From IMG/VR virus record IMGVR_UViG_3300030433_001734, positions 1 through 57,166 of that record: DNA of 57,166 bases, one strand, 5' to 3'. The translations under genes were made by a program, and so were the position numbers. Source of the DNA: a virus (Duplodnaviria; Caudoviricetes). Shown here piece by piece: positions 1 to 10,294 of this stretch (its first letter is position 1; every line of letters begins with the position of its first letter). A model generated the notes under the pieces. It saw only the letters and a program-made list of their open reading frames with translations. It was not told where the DNA came from and did no database searches.

Positions 1-5
1 TATAA

Positions 6-70
6 TAAAAAATAAGAGAGGCGAGTAAGTGTATTAACAGTTAATGGCTTATGCCTAAAATACTCGCCCC
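6..70 (-). terminator. Probable intrinsic terminator (long-loop stem plus U-rich tail) after the VWA gene
   Basis: Minus strand GGGGCGAGTA (70-61) pairs with TACTCGCCTC (27-18), followed by TCTTATTTTTT. Confidence 0.5.
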
Positions 71-77
71 TCATTAT

Positions 78-1403
78 TTATTTTGCGGTTATATAGTCAC
101 CATCTACTTTTGCATCTTGAAATTGACCGTCATTAAAAAACATAAGCTGTTTTTTAGGTAAAAATCTTTTAAAAGTTGCACAAGTACTTCTACATTGTAA
201 TACTAATATAAACATATCTTGATAATAACCATCTGGACCAGTACTAATTCGATCCCATCCATCTGTAATTAGAATAGCAGGTCGTTTAGTAATTCTTGCA
301 TTTGTTATACATTGCTGAATATCAGTGCCGCCACCAATATGAGCAGAAAAGATATGCTCTGTCTGTATCTTTGTTAGAGTATTGCCGTGTGCAAATAAAT
401 ATACATCTCTTAGAATTCCTAATTCATGTAATTTATATGCAACCATTCTAGCTAAATCTCTATAAGTTACAGAAGCTCCATCTAAAGTAAAGTAGCTATC
501 CATAGAACCAGAATCGTCAATATATATATCAAAACTTAAATGATACTTTTTCTCTTTTACAGCAGCATCTAATATTAAAGCAATATGTGAAAATGCTTCT
601 ATATTTATCAAGTCTTCTATATCATCAGAGTCAAAAATTGATTCTTCTTGTGTACTATACTTACCTGTAACAGTAGAAGTAGCGCGATCTATAGTAGTTT
701 TTAGAAATTTATTAAGATCATTACTTTTAATCTTAGTTAGCTTTTTAAGTCTAGGATCAGTAGCAAGCTCAATCATTTTAATTTGAGTTTCTGCATCTCC
801 TTTACCTGCAGCTTTAGAATTTTCTAAACTTTCTATATCTTTACGTAGCTTATTTTGTGCAGAATTAGACATCTTTTGAATGTCTTTTATAAGCTCCTGA
901 TCTCTAGGAGCATTACCACACTTTAAATCTTCATTTAAATCATCTAAATGATCTTTTAGATTATCTCCGTACTTTTTGTACAGCTTTTCTAAAATTTTAA
1001 GAGTAGCATCTGCAGCTAAATAGCTGTAACCAATTTTATCATTTGTAACTTTACGTAATAAATGATTATCTAATTGGCTTAGTAAATAATGCCACCAGTA
1101 TTTTTCTGGTTTTACATTTACAGATTTGTCACCGTGGTACCAGTGTTTAAAGGCATCTAACGTTAATGCTTCTGGGTCATTGTCTCTCAAAAACTGTCCA
1201 TTTTCGTTATGTGCACCATTATATAATTTATTATATATACTAGTAGACAAATTATCATTCAATTTATTTTGAATAACACAGTTTTTTTGATTTGGCCCAG
1301 AAACCATGGAGAAGGCGCTATTGTCATACAGACTTTGCTGCCTCCACCATGAACGACCTGATCCTCTAAGAGAATAAGTGTTATGTATTTCTGGTTTAAT
1401 CAT
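78..1403 (-). CDS. VWA (von Willebrand A) domain protein, ViaA-like partner of the MoxR ATPase
   Basis: MIDAS motif IDDSGSM, GGGTD, ILITDG; directly downstream of a MoxR AAA+ gene. Confidence 0.8.
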   Translation of the reverse strand: MIKPEIHNTYSLRGSGRSWWRQQSLYDNSAFSMVSGPNQKNCVIQNKLNDNLSTSIYNKLYNGAHNENGQFLRDNDPEALTLDAFKHWYHGDKSVNVKPEKYWWHYLLSQLDNHLLRKVTNDKIGYSYLAADATLKILEKLYKKYGDNLKDHLDDLNEDLKCGNAPRDQELIKDIQKMSNSAQNKLRKDIESLENSKAAGKGDAETQIKMIELATDPRLKKLTKIKSNDLNKFLKTTIDRATSTVTGKYSTQEESIFDSDDIEDLINIEAFSHIALILDAAVKEKKYHLSFDIYIDDSGSMDSYFTLDGASVTYRDLARMVAYKLHELGILRDVYLFAHGNTLTKIQTEHIFSAHIGGGTDIQQCITNARITKRPAILITDGWDRISTGPDGYYQDMFILVLQCRSTCATFKRFLPKKQLMFFNDGQFQDAKVDGDYITAK

Positions 1404-1407
1404 ATCT

Positions 1408-2514
1408 CTAATCGTTTAAAGCATTATGACATAAATCTGCTACTTTATTCTCATCATCTTCAATAACTACAGCTTTTTTAACTGTTGCAAGTAAAGCTTC
1501 TTTTTGACTATAATCTAAATTAGAGCCTGCTATACCTGTAACAAGATCTTCTACTAAACCTGTAGATAGTTTCTTATACTGAGCCATCTTTAAAGAATCA
1601 TTTAAAGCAGTACATATCTGACCCACATATAACTGAGAGTATGCATCATTACCGCCTTCAATCACATTCTTAAGAGATTCAATTTGAGATCTAAGGTTAT
1701 TCTCTCTCTTAGATTCTAGTTTTGCTGCTATCTCTGCAACTCTACTAGGAGCAATTAATTCACATGCTTTTAATATTGCGCCAATATCATCTGTTTGCCA
1801 TACTAATTTAATAGCTTTAACAATTAGAGGAACTTGGAAAGCACTACGATCAGAAACAACGCCATATATAACGTCTAAGAATTTCTTCATATGTTTCTTC
1901 TCTATTGTACATGCAGCAATTTCTTGCTGACTAGGAACATTGATTGTTATTTCTTTAAGCTTTGACTCTTTCCACAGTTCGTGCATTGTTTCTACACCAA
2001 CTCTTTCTACTTTTTGTGTCAAAACAAAACGATCCCAGAAAGGATTTTCTAGTTCGTCATCAGGAATAACATTACATGAACCTGCCATTACTTGCCAGTT
2101 ACACTTTTTAATATGATCACCGTAGAAAATAGCTTTCTCTCTCATAATAGAAAGTAAAGTATTTCTAACACCAGACGTACCTTTGTCTACCTCATTAACT
2201 AAGATAAACTCTGCGTCTGCAATAGGAGCATCTAACTTGTATTCTTTATCTTCTAATAAAGACTTCATATTAACACGTCCCTTAATCTCCGAAGTTTTAG
2301 TACCTTCGTCAAGCTCGATAACAAAAGTCTTTTCTGCTACCTGCTCTCTACTATAATTATACTTAGCTGCAGCATAATCTAATAGTGTTTGTGTTTTAGC
2401 CACACCTGGCTCTCCTACCAGTAATACTGGTAATTTAGTACACTCACCGAGTGCTAGTAAGTTAAAAACTTCTTCTTTACCTACTAATCTAGTTTTGATT
2501 GGTCTTTTTTCCAT
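1408..2514 (-). CDS. MoxR/RavA-family AAA+ ATPase
   Basis: Walker A GEPGVAKT, Walker B-like ILVNEVDK, N-x-L-L and WDRF motifs; start placed at MEKRP just after the upstream stop. Confidence 0.8.
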   Translation of the reverse strand: MEKRPIKTRLVGKEEVFNLLALGECTKLPVLLVGEPGVAKTQTLLDYAAAKYNYSREQVAEKTFVIELDEGTKTSEIKGRVNMKSLLEDKEYKLDAPIADAEFILVNEVDKGTSGVRNTLLSIMREKAIFYGDHIKKCNWQVMAGSCNVIPDDELENPFWDRFVLTQKVERVGVETMHELWKESKLKEITINVPSQQEIAACTIEKKHMKKFLDVIYGVVSDRSAFQVPLIVKAIKLVWQTDDIGAILKACELIAPSRVAEIAAKLESKRENNLRSQIESLKNVIEGGNDAYSQLYVGQICTALNDSLKMAQYKKLSTGLVEDLVTGIAGSNLDYSQKEALLATVKKAVVIEDDENKVADLCHNALND

Positions 2515-2515
2515 T

Positions 2516-3511
2516 TTACGATAATTCAAAATTGTTTAATAAAATTGCACCGTCATTATAATCACACGGGTGCGTCCATTGCTGTGATCTTTGATAGAAT
2601 TCTAGTTCATCAATTAGACATTGATAGCCCTTTACAGGACGATCTGTTCCTAACCAATTACCACCACGTCTACCTACGTCTATATCATCGGAGCTCATTT
2701 CAAATACAGCAGGAGGTAATCTCATTGCCATATCAGCTACGATAAATCTAAAGTTGTCTAAAGTATATCCTTCAGGTATAAATTTATCAGTTGCTATAAT
2801 ACCGTCAGTATATATAGCACCTTGTCTAAAGTAACCGTACTTTAAATAACTTTTTCTAAAGTCAAGTATACTTGAACTTGTAGTTTTAATATCGATCGGT
2901 TTAACTGTTTTATTACCGTGATCGATTATAATTCTATCTACAATACCTTTAATCTTATAACCTTTATAGCCTTCCCATTCAAGCTTTACTTGGTCATGTA
3001 TTTCAATTAAAGGATTGTCATCAGATATACCCAAATACTCTTCAGTATAAGGGTCAGTCTTTAAAGCAAAAGCAACTACTGCTGCTTGATCGCTTTCTTC
3101 TTTTGATACTACTGTTTTACCTTTAGAATCCTGCAGAAATTGAAAATAATATTGATTTTCAGGAGCCATAAACTTCTTTTTAACTGTAGCTAAAGGCAGT
3201 TTATAGCCTGATACACTATACGCTGCTTCAAAGCATTCGTCTTCTGTATCTCCATTATCTAAATTTATCAATTGATCATATGTTCTAATGAGATCTCCCA
3301 TCATACCTGACGGTATAGATCCTTTCATTATTGCATATCTATTTTGAAATTCTGTAGGCTCTGTTAGAAAACAGTCTACCATTCCACCTTTTCTAAAATA
3401 AGAGGTGTCTGCGTTTTCAGGTTTTTCTATATATCTTTTGTATGCTGCTGGACCTTCTAATAATAGTCCAAGTCCTGAAAAACTAACTGCGTGATTGTAT
3501 AAATCTTTCAT
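2516..3511 (-). CDS. PD-(D/E)XK exonuclease (RecE/Cas4-like)
   Basis: KGIVDRI...IDIKT and YFRQGAIY motifs. Confidence 0.75.
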   Translation of the reverse strand: MKDLYNHAVSFSGLGLLLEGPAAYKRYIEKPENADTSYFRKGGMVDCFLTEPTEFQNRYAIMKGSIPSGMMGDLIRTYDQLINLDNGDTEDECFEAAYSVSGYKLPLATVKKKFMAPENQYYFQFLQDSKGKTVVSKEESDQAAVVAFALKTDPYTEEYLGISDDNPLIEIHDQVKLEWEGYKGYKIKGIVDRIIIDHGNKTVKPIDIKTTSSSILDFRKSYLKYGYFRQGAIYTDGIIATDKFIPEGYTLDNFRFIVADMAMRLPPAVFEMSSDDIDVGRRGGNWLGTDRPVKGYQCLIDELEFYQRSQQWTHPCDYNDGAILLNNFELS

Positions 3512-4092
3512 TATATTATCTGTATGTTGAATACTAATTTACGTTCATCTGATTCTATATATGTAACTTGACCTGAGCTTCTTACAACTGATACATTGTC
3601 TTCTTCAATTTTTCCCAGTTCAACTAAAGTGTCTAAAAACCACTTAGTCCAAGGCCATTGATTATCACAATCCCAGTTTTGTAAATCTCCAGGTTTATAT
3701 ATATCTAACCATACACGTAAATATTCTCCGCTTTTTAATTTTATTTTTGGTAATTCTTCTATATATTCAGCTAAATAAGAGTGCATCCATCTTGCTACTT
3801 TAGATCTTGCAGTATAATGTAAAGAACCATCGTAAATTCTTTGTCCATTGATAGTCCAAAACTTTGGTTTACCTGCTATTCTTGGGTTAGCAATAACTCT
3901 ATTCTTTTGCTGGTCTATTAAATATCCTTTTTTATCAAATCTATATTTTCCTAATTTTAATCCTTCTCTATACTTTTTTGCTGGTAATGTCTTTTTCTGA
4001 AAGTCTGATTTTTTATAATATCGCGCGCGTCTTCTGCTGCTAATAGGAACTTTGTCCTCGTAATTTGGAATTATAACTTTCCATGTTTTCAT
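3511..4092 (-). CDS. Putative RusA-like Holliday junction resolvase
   Basis: C-terminal DCDN...K..LDTL......EDN pattern resembles the RusA catalytic residues; sits in the replication cluster. Confidence 0.5.
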   Translation of the reverse strand: MKTWKVIIPNYEDKVPISSRRRARYYKKSDFQKKTLPAKKYREGLKLGKYRFDKKGYLIDQQKNRVIANPRIAGKPKFWTINGQRIYDGSLHYTARSKVARWMHSYLAEYIEELPKIKLKSGEYLRVWLDIYKPGDLQNWDCDNQWPWTKWFLDTLVELGKIEEDNVSVVRSSGQVTYIESDERKLVFNIQII

Positions 4093-5078
4093 AATAAATC
4101 ATTTATTAAAATTGATGCATCTTCTATACCATACTTTACTATATAATCGCTTACATCTTTAGTATCGCGAGGCATATATATGCATTTACAATTACCTCCT
4201 AGAAAATCTGCTAGGCTTTGTGCGCCACGTCTACCTGCATCATCGTTGTCAAAAAGAATAACTACTTTATTATAATACGAAGATAATTTTTTCATCATTT
4301 CGTATTGAGTTCTTGTATTCTCTGACTGCGGTGCTACAGCTTGATAGCCCATCTTATTTAAACACATTACATCTTTAAGAGATTTTGTAATAATTAACAA
4401 ATCATCTTTAGTTAAATCTAATTGTTCAAATCCTTGCAGATCCTTATCATCTACATTACTTAACCATTTTCCCGAAGTTTTAGAAAGCGGTCTATATACT
4501 TTTACATGTTTCCCATTAAATTTGTAACAATATATAGGGTTGTATGAAGAGTATGTACTAATAAGCTGTTTATCTAAATAAACAAACTTAGCTGAAAATA
4601 CATTGTATTTTGTTAAAGTTTGTCTGTCTAATCCATATTTAGACCAATATAGTTTATCAGTGTTTGTATACTCTTGAGGTTTAAATTGTATTAATCTTTC
4701 CTTCGCAATTATTTTAGGTTTATATACAGAAACTACCTGTTTAGGAAATACAGTTGGTGTGTTGGTTCCTAGATTCAGATTAAAATCTTGAACGATTAGC
4801 GTTAACGCTTCGCTAAATGTTAATCCGCTTTTCAACATAACAAAATCAAAGCAATTGCCTTGATCACCATTAAAGTCCTTAAATCTAATACTACCTTGCC
4901 TTGTATAATACAAAGCAAAAGATGGACTACTGTCTTCTCTTAGAGGGCTTCTATATGCACGACCTATTTCAAATTCAAATCCTACATAATATCTCATAAT
5001 ATCTTCTTCTGATATTAATCTTAAGATATTGTCTTTAGTTATAGGAGTTGGTTCACTTACATTTCCTAGATTATACAT
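4089..5078 (-). CDS. dnaG: DNA primase (DnaG-like, TOPRIM)
   Basis: N-terminal SPLREDSSPSF...FKDF...GNCFDFV, TOPRIM ITKSLKDVM and LFDNDDAG, KDVSDY. Confidence 0.85.
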   Translation of the reverse strand: MYNLGNVSEPTPITKDNILRLISEEDIMRYYVGFEFEIGRAYRSPLREDSSPSFALYYTRQGSIRFKDFNGDQGNCFDFVMLKSGLTFSEALTLIVQDFNLNLGTNTPTVFPKQVVSVYKPKIIAKERLIQFKPQEYTNTDKLYWSKYGLDRQTLTKYNVFSAKFVYLDKQLISTYSSYNPIYCYKFNGKHVKVYRPLSKTSGKWLSNVDDKDLQGFEQLDLTKDDLLIITKSLKDVMCLNKMGYQAVAPQSENTRTQYEMMKKLSSYYNKVVILFDNDDAGRRGAQSLADFLGGNCKCIYMPRDTKDVSDYIVKYGIEDASILINDLL

Positions 5079-5092
5079 TTGACATAGATTAA

Positions 5093-5125
5093 CTCAGGAG
5101 GGGAGGACAAAGCCTCCCCGCTGAG
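5093..5125 (-). promoter_or_regulatory. GC-rich intergenic stem-loop (weak terminator or mRNA stabiliser)
   Basis: CTCAG/CTGAG and GGGGAGG/CCTCCCC stems between the SSB-like gene and primase; no strong U-tract. Confidence 0.45.
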
Positions 5126-5134
5126 ATAATAACT

Positions 5135-5716
5135 CTAGAATGGCAAGTCTGGTTGGTCAGTAGCTCCAACTTCAGCAGTAGCATTCTTACTAGCAGGTTC
5201 CATTTTATCGTATCTAGGATTGATTTTTAACCCACTAGTTTCTTTAGCTGCATCCTCAACAAACGGAGGGAATCCAGGTAAAGAAGCATAGTCTTTGTAA
5301 TCATAAGTAACTTTTAATCTTAGTGACTTAGATGCATAGTTAGTATTAGCCATTGCTGCCTTAATACCATTACATAATTCACCAAAAGTGTTACCAGTAA
5401 TATTGAATTGAGCAGCAGGTACAAATTGCGTACATATATGCTTAATTCTTACAAGCATTGCATTGATTCTACGAGTAACAGCCTCATCTTGTGTCTCACC
5501 AGTCTTAGGTGTTACATACTGAGGGTTTACTGCAAATTCGTTATGCTTTAACTGATTACCACTAGCATCTTCAAATATAAACTGTAAGTAAGTGTTTCCA
5601 TTCTTATCAGCTGGTGTATTAATTTCAGTTAGTTTGCATCCTTCATTGATGCCAACAGGAATTGCGCTAACTCCTGCAAATTCACGTACTTCTACGTTTT
5701 GATTAATGTTGTACAT
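5135..5716 (-). CDS. Putative single-stranded DNA-binding protein
   Basis: Beta-rich body, acidic C-terminal DQPDLPF tail, position between AAA ATPase and primase. Confidence 0.55.
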   Translation of the reverse strand: MYNINQNVEVREFAGVSAIPVGINEGCKLTEINTPADKNGNTYLQFIFEDASGNQLKHNEFAVNPQYVTPKTGETQDEAVTRRINAMLVRIKHICTQFVPAAQFNITGNTFGELCNGIKAAMANTNYASKSLRLKVTYDYKDYASLPGFPPFVEDAAKETSGLKINPRYDKMEPASKNATAEVGATDQPDLPF

Positions 5717-5734
5717 TTTTTTACTTTTAAATTA

Positions 5735-6316
5735 TTAAAATATATCCGTTGAGTCATAACCATCATCTTCGATAGTAGTACTCTCTTCTATTGAATTTAC
5801 TTGCTCTGCAGGTGTAAATTCTGTACCTGCTTGTAGATCCTCTTCTACATCCATATTGTTTATAGTTTCTTCTTCTGTTTCAGCAGCCTCTTCCCATTCA
5901 GATGCACTTGCTTCTACGTCAGTTTCTTCTACATTAGGTTGTAATGTAATCTTAAAGAATTTATAACCTTCATATTCATTATATTCTATACAATCTTCAC
6001 ATACATATAGTTTGTTTTGACCTGTAGAACCTAAGTCATACTCTGATCTTAAATCTCTGTTATGAGGAACATTCTTAATTACTCCTTGTGGATTAACTGC
6101 TACTCCGTTACCATCAATTGCTTTGTATATCTGCACATTTTGCACAGCATCGCCAGCTTCTGGATAAGCAAATCCTACTTTGTTATCTCCTGGTTTAACT
6201 CCCACTCTTGAAAGTAATGCAGGAGACAACTTCATAAGTCCATTATCTCTTAGTTCGATACATAGATCATCACCAAAAGCATTTAGTCTTTCGACTCTTT
6301 TACCTTGTAGTTTCAT
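5735..6316 (-). CDS. Hypothetical protein with long acidic tail
   Basis: 193 aa ORF in operon; tail ends DSTDIF. Confidence 0.6.
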   Translation of the reverse strand: MKLQGKRVERLNAFGDDLCIELRDNGLMKLSPALLSRVGVKPGDNKVGFAYPEAGDAVQNVQIYKAIDGNGVAVNPQGVIKNVPHNRDLRSEYDLGSTGQNKLYVCEDCIEYNEYEGYKFFKITLQPNVEETDVEASASEWEEAAETEEETINNMDVEEDLQAGTEFTPAEQVNSIEESTTIEDDGYDSTDIF

Positions 6317-6317
6317 A

Positions 6318-7001
6318 TTAATTATAATATTTAGTTACTGATTCTATAACTTTACTTATGTCATTAGGTATTTTATTGTTAGCAAACATTCCCTTAGGAG
6401 TCTTTGCTGTAGTAGTACCGTCAGACTGTGTTACAAATGAATGAGTAATTTTACCTGTCTCGTCAGGACTTACGTCCGTAAACAATACAATAGTAAACAT
6501 ACCTTCCATTGTAATAACATTGTCTACTAGTTTACCGATAGTCTTAAACTTAAGTTTACGATTACCTTGTAAGTCAGTAGAAGTTTCTGCATGACCAATC
6601 ATAATAAATGTAATATCATCACGCATGTTTTTACCACCGTTTGCAACTTCCCATGCATGCAAACCGATCTCTGTAAATTTGTCAAAGCCACGCTCGTTTG
6701 CTCTACGCATATACTCGTTAGCCATAACATACTGAAAATCGTCAACAACTACTGTCTTAATATGTGGCATATTTTCATCAATATGCTTCATAATAGAACA
6801 TATAGTTCCTGAATTATCAGATTCTATATAATTACCTTTAGGATTATCTTTAGTAAGTAAAGTATAATTACTTTTCCAACCTCTAAAAGGCATAGGCTTT
6901 TTACCTACATTAATAATAAATGTAGATTTAGGGTCTAGATTTTCTAAACTAGTGGATTTACCTGAACCACTCTCACCGATTATTAAAATTTCTTGTGCCA
7001 T
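6318..7001 (-). CDS. P-loop ATPase (AAA_24/Sak4-like recombination protein)
   Basis: Walker A GESGSGKS, Walker B VVVDD, C-terminal AKTPKGMF. Confidence 0.8.
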   Translation of the reverse strand: MAQEILIIGESGSGKSTSLENLDPKSTFIINVGKKPMPFRGWKSNYTLLTKDNPKGNYIESDNSGTICSIMKHIDENMPHIKTVVVDDFQYVMANEYMRRANERGFDKFTEIGLHAWEVANGGKNMRDDITFIMIGHAETSTDLQGNRKLKFKTIGKLVDNVITMEGMFTIVLFTDVSPDETGKITHSFVTQSDGTTTAKTPKGMFANNKIPNDISKVIESVTKYYN

Positions 7002-7262
7002 TTAATTTAAATCTTTAGTTCTTATTATTACTACATCTCCACATAATGGATCACTAGTATGCCAGTGTAACATAGTAGCTCTATAATTAATAGGTAAGTT
7101 TTGTAACTTTCCTTCTTCATTACATACTATACTATATCCATCTTGTTTTGAAGGCACTACTTCTATATAACCCCCTACAGCTTTTTGTAAATGGGCTAAT
7201 TGGTTTTCTTGGGGAAGATCTAGTGCAGAATCTCCACCACCTGCATGTATTATTACTGCCAT
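7002..7262 (-). CDS. DUF3846-like protein
   Basis: LQKAVGGYIEVV...NEEGKL..LPIN..AT...LCGDVVI pattern. Confidence 0.7.
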   Translation of the reverse strand: MAVIIHAGGGDSALDLPQENQLAHLQKAVGGYIEVVPSKQDGYSIVCNEEGKLQNLPINYRATMLHWHTSDPLCGDVVIIRTKDLN

Positions 7263-8263
7263 TATATATTAAAATTTAGTTTTCCTGGTTCATAATATTC
7301 ATCAACTCTGTTGAATTTTAAATTGTCTAGCATACTTAATACTAATCCTGATTCGCCTTCTCTATTCTTAATCAAGTGCCAATAAATCATAGATTGCTTT
7401 GCATTCATAGGATTTACAATAGGCAAATTATTAGGTCCATATGTTTGTAAGTTAAGCATATAAGGCTTATGACTTACGATTACATTATCTGAACCGTGGA
7501 ATACAGAATCACTACCGAATATATCTTTCTTCATTGGGTAGTGTAACATAGGATTAGCTAATCTTTCTGCTCTTTCTATTTCTCTATTTAATTGACTTAG
7601 TGCTACTATTATACATTTACATTTTTTCTTTATATACATAAACATTCTATATAATTCAGCTAATAAATGTCTTTCTTGTTGACCGTTTCTACCTTTAGTC
7701 AATAGAGTATGATCTAGAAATATAACTGTTCCATAATCATCTCCTTTTAATTTTAGTTGCTCTTCATGAAATTTCATGATAGTATTGTATACTTGTTCAA
7801 CAGTACCAGGCACATCTACATAGTATATATCATACTTAGATATGTCTTGGTTTACTAACTCTTTAGCAACATCAAAGTCAGCGTCTGTTAGTGCCTCAGT
7901 ACTAGAATATAGCTCCGAAACAGTCTTTTGCATCTTAGAAGAAATCTTTCTACCTACCTGCTTCATAGCAAGCATCTCGAAGTTAAATGATAATACTGAG
8001 AATGTTTGGTCCTCATTATGATCAAATAAACTAGTTTCTAATTCATTTGCAATTGACGATTTACCTGAACCTGACATACCGCCTATAGTTACAATAGTAC
8101 CCCATTCTAATCCTCCCATTATGGATTGATTGAGTTTATCCCATCTTGTAGCTAGCGATTTAACAAGTCCCTGTCTTCTGTGATCCATGTAATTTAAAAT
8201 CTCACCAGAAGCCGTGTCTATTCTTTTATACTGTAATAATTGGCTAGATGAGTTTTCCTCCAT
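7262..8263 (-). CDS. dnaB: Replicative DnaB-like helicase
   Basis: GMSGSGKS, FNFEM, IFLDH, ALSQLNR, IKNREG motifs. Confidence 0.85.
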   Translation of the reverse strand: MEENSSSQLLQYKRIDTASGEILNYMDHRRQGLVKSLATRWDKLNQSIMGGLEWGTIVTIGGMSGSGKSSIANELETSLFDHNEDQTFSVLSFNFEMLAMKQVGRKISSKMQKTVSELYSSTEALTDADFDVAKELVNQDISKYDIYYVDVPGTVEQVYNTIMKFHEEQLKLKGDDYGTVIFLDHTLLTKGRNGQQERHLLAELYRMFMYIKKKCKCIIVALSQLNREIERAERLANPMLHYPMKKDIFGSDSVFHGSDNVIVSHKPYMLNLQTYGPNNLPIVNPMNAKQSMIYWHLIKNREGESGLVLSMLDNLKFNRVDEYYEPGKLNFNI

Positions 8264-8897
8264 AGTTCACGTTTTTATTAGGTTTATTTTTATTTCGTTT
8301 TAGTCCTATCAATATATCTTTCCATATCTCTTCTTTTAACCAATTCTTTAAAGTTTTAAGATAGGCAACATTACCAGTAGCTTTTCTTTTATCTATATAA
8401 AATTTAACAGCTACTTGTAGTTGTTGTGGTGTCACTTTCTGTTCTTGTATAATTTTAATATACAAGTCCTTAATTGCTTTCCTTCCTTCTTTTAAATAAG
8501 AAGTCTGCCCACTCGCGCGTGTAACTTTTGTTGGGTACAGTGCTATGAAGTCTTCAAACTCATCAGCGTATAAACTAAGAGAACGTTCAATCAGATCGTC
8601 ATCTCCTAAGAAAGGATTCTCTGATTTTTCGTCAGCAAAGCTGTCTGTCATTCCCTTAATTAAATCTGTACCCTCAAAAGTTATTTCCCATGTACCTAGA
8701 GTGGCATCTTTCGTTTTTAAATATCCTAATTTTTCTAGATGTTCAAAATTAGAAATATGGATAGACTCAATAGATTCTATATAATTTGTCAACATATCTA
8801 ATTTAGAATATGCATGACAATATAATATAAAATGTTGTGTTACCGAAATCTGCTTATCTTTAAGCAGCTCGATAAATGGTCTACCATATGCAATCAT
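8244..8897 (-). CDS. Putative replication initiator/helicase loader (winged helix)
   Basis: LEKLGYL wHTH-like segment, FEDFIALYP and YLKTLKNWL..E.W; immediately upstream of DnaB. Confidence 0.5.
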   Translation of the reverse strand: MIAYGRPFIELLKDKQISVTQHFILYCHAYSKLDMLTNYIESIESIHISNFEHLEKLGYLKTKDATLGTWEITFEGTDLIKGMTDSFADEKSENPFLGDDDLIERSLSLYADEFEDFIALYPTKVTRASGQTSYLKEGRKAIKDLYIKIIQEQKVTPQQLQVAVKFYIDKRKATGNVAYLKTLKNWLKEEIWKDILIGLKRNKNKPNKNVNYGGKLI

Positions 8898-8900
8898 TTT

Positions 8901-10097
8901 TTAATTATTAAGATTAATATCTTCTACACTTGTTACCCAGTGGGTATTGTAGTCTTTAGCGGTTCTCTTCCTCACCCATGATAGCTCTTGGCTACCTGTG
9001 ACATATAAATTTACATATATTGCTGTCTTTCCTTCTTGTAATCTTAATGTTCTTCCTGTTCTTTGAATATTATCTAGAGCTTTAGAACTACCTGCACAGC
9101 AAATACCTAATGAACATTCTGGTACATTTAAACCAGCGTTCAAAGCTTTTACTGAGCTAAGTACATTGTAATCATTTTGATCACCAAAGTCATCTAATAC
9201 TTGTTGACGTTCTTTCTTCTTTAGTTTACTATGAAATAATAAACATTTATCGTCACCGATAGTATCTCTGACATCAGTAGCAAAATCAATACTCTCACTA
9301 AATACTAAAGCTTTCCTATCTGAAAATTTCTCTATAAGTTCTTTAGTAACTGTTAATTTGTTAGAAGCATTGTAACATAACTTCTTACGTTTCTGCATCA
9401 TCATGTAGAATACATTTGCCCATTTCTTCTTGTCTGGGTCATCAGAATTCTTCCACTTGCCTGCGTTTTCAAATGCTGAAAATCTACCACCTAGTTCAGC
9501 TACTGCCATATTATAGTAGTATTGAACTCCGTTGTATTTTTTAGCTTCTTCTGCAGTAAAAGGTACTCCTAAATTAAATACCTTATACACTGAGATTAAT
9601 CCCAGCGATACAGCCCTGTTTAAATCTGTAGTATAAACAATAGGTGCAAACATGTTTAGAAATTCTAAGTATTCTTCATTTTCAGGTGTTGTTGCAGTTA
9701 GACAGTATATCGTATCCCATGTATTGTGTTCATAGAACTTTCTATACTCAGGAGATAATGTAGTATGAACCTCATCAACAATAACAATGTTGTAATGCTC
9801 ATTTCTATATTTATATGCTGTCTGTATACACTGAAAATCTACTCGATCTAGTAAATGTTTTAGATCCCATTTCTCAAATTCATTTAACCATTCGTTATCT
9901 CGTAAGTTTTCAGTTGGTACAATTATTAGTGCACGTTTAAATGGTTCATCCTCTAAAATATCATTTAGAGCTAACAAACCCATTCTGGTTTTACCTAAAC
10001 CTGTAGCAGCAATAGATGTACCTTTCTTTCCAGCATCGTTCCATCGTAATAGATGTTCTCGCTGTTCTTTATCCTTATTTATATTTAATATATTCAT
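8901..10097 (-). CDS. Superfamily 2 helicase (DExH)
   Basis: ATGLGKT, DEVH, LTAT, GLNVP, QRTGRTLR. Confidence 0.85.
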   Translation of the reverse strand: MNILNINKDKEQREHLLRWNDAGKKGTSIAATGLGKTRMGLLALNDILEDEPFKRALIIVPTENLRDNEWLNEFEKWDLKHLLDRVDFQCIQTAYKYRNEHYNIVIVDEVHTTLSPEYRKFYEHNTWDTIYCLTATTPENEEYLEFLNMFAPIVYTTDLNRAVSLGLISVYKVFNLGVPFTAEEAKKYNGVQYYYNMAVAELGGRFSAFENAGKWKNSDDPDKKKWANVFYMMMQKRKKLCYNASNKLTVTKELIEKFSDRKALVFSESIDFATDVRDTIGDDKCLLFHSKLKKKERQQVLDDFGDQNDYNVLSSVKALNAGLNVPECSLGICCAGSSKALDNIQRTGRTLRLQEGKTAIYVNLYVTGSQELSWVRKRTAKDYNTHWVTSVEDINLNN

Positions 10098-10294
10098 TAA
10101 GTTTCGTATACTTTATTAAAAGTAACTAAAAAGATTCCCCATGTTCTTTTTTGTTCAAGACGGACAGGTTGGCCCCAAGGACACATCCCTGGAACCTTGT
10201 CCATCATATCTAAAATAGCATGCTTTAACCCTTCTAAAGTATCAGCCTCTACAAAGTTATATTCATCAATATCGTTATACATTACTTTTCCCAT
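10097..10294 (-). CDS. Hypothetical protein
   Basis: 65 aa ORF overlapping both neighbours. Confidence 0.5.
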   Translation of the reverse strand: MGKVMYNDIDEYNFVEADTLEGLKHAILDMMDKVPGMCPWGQPVRLEQKRTWGIFLVTFNKVYET

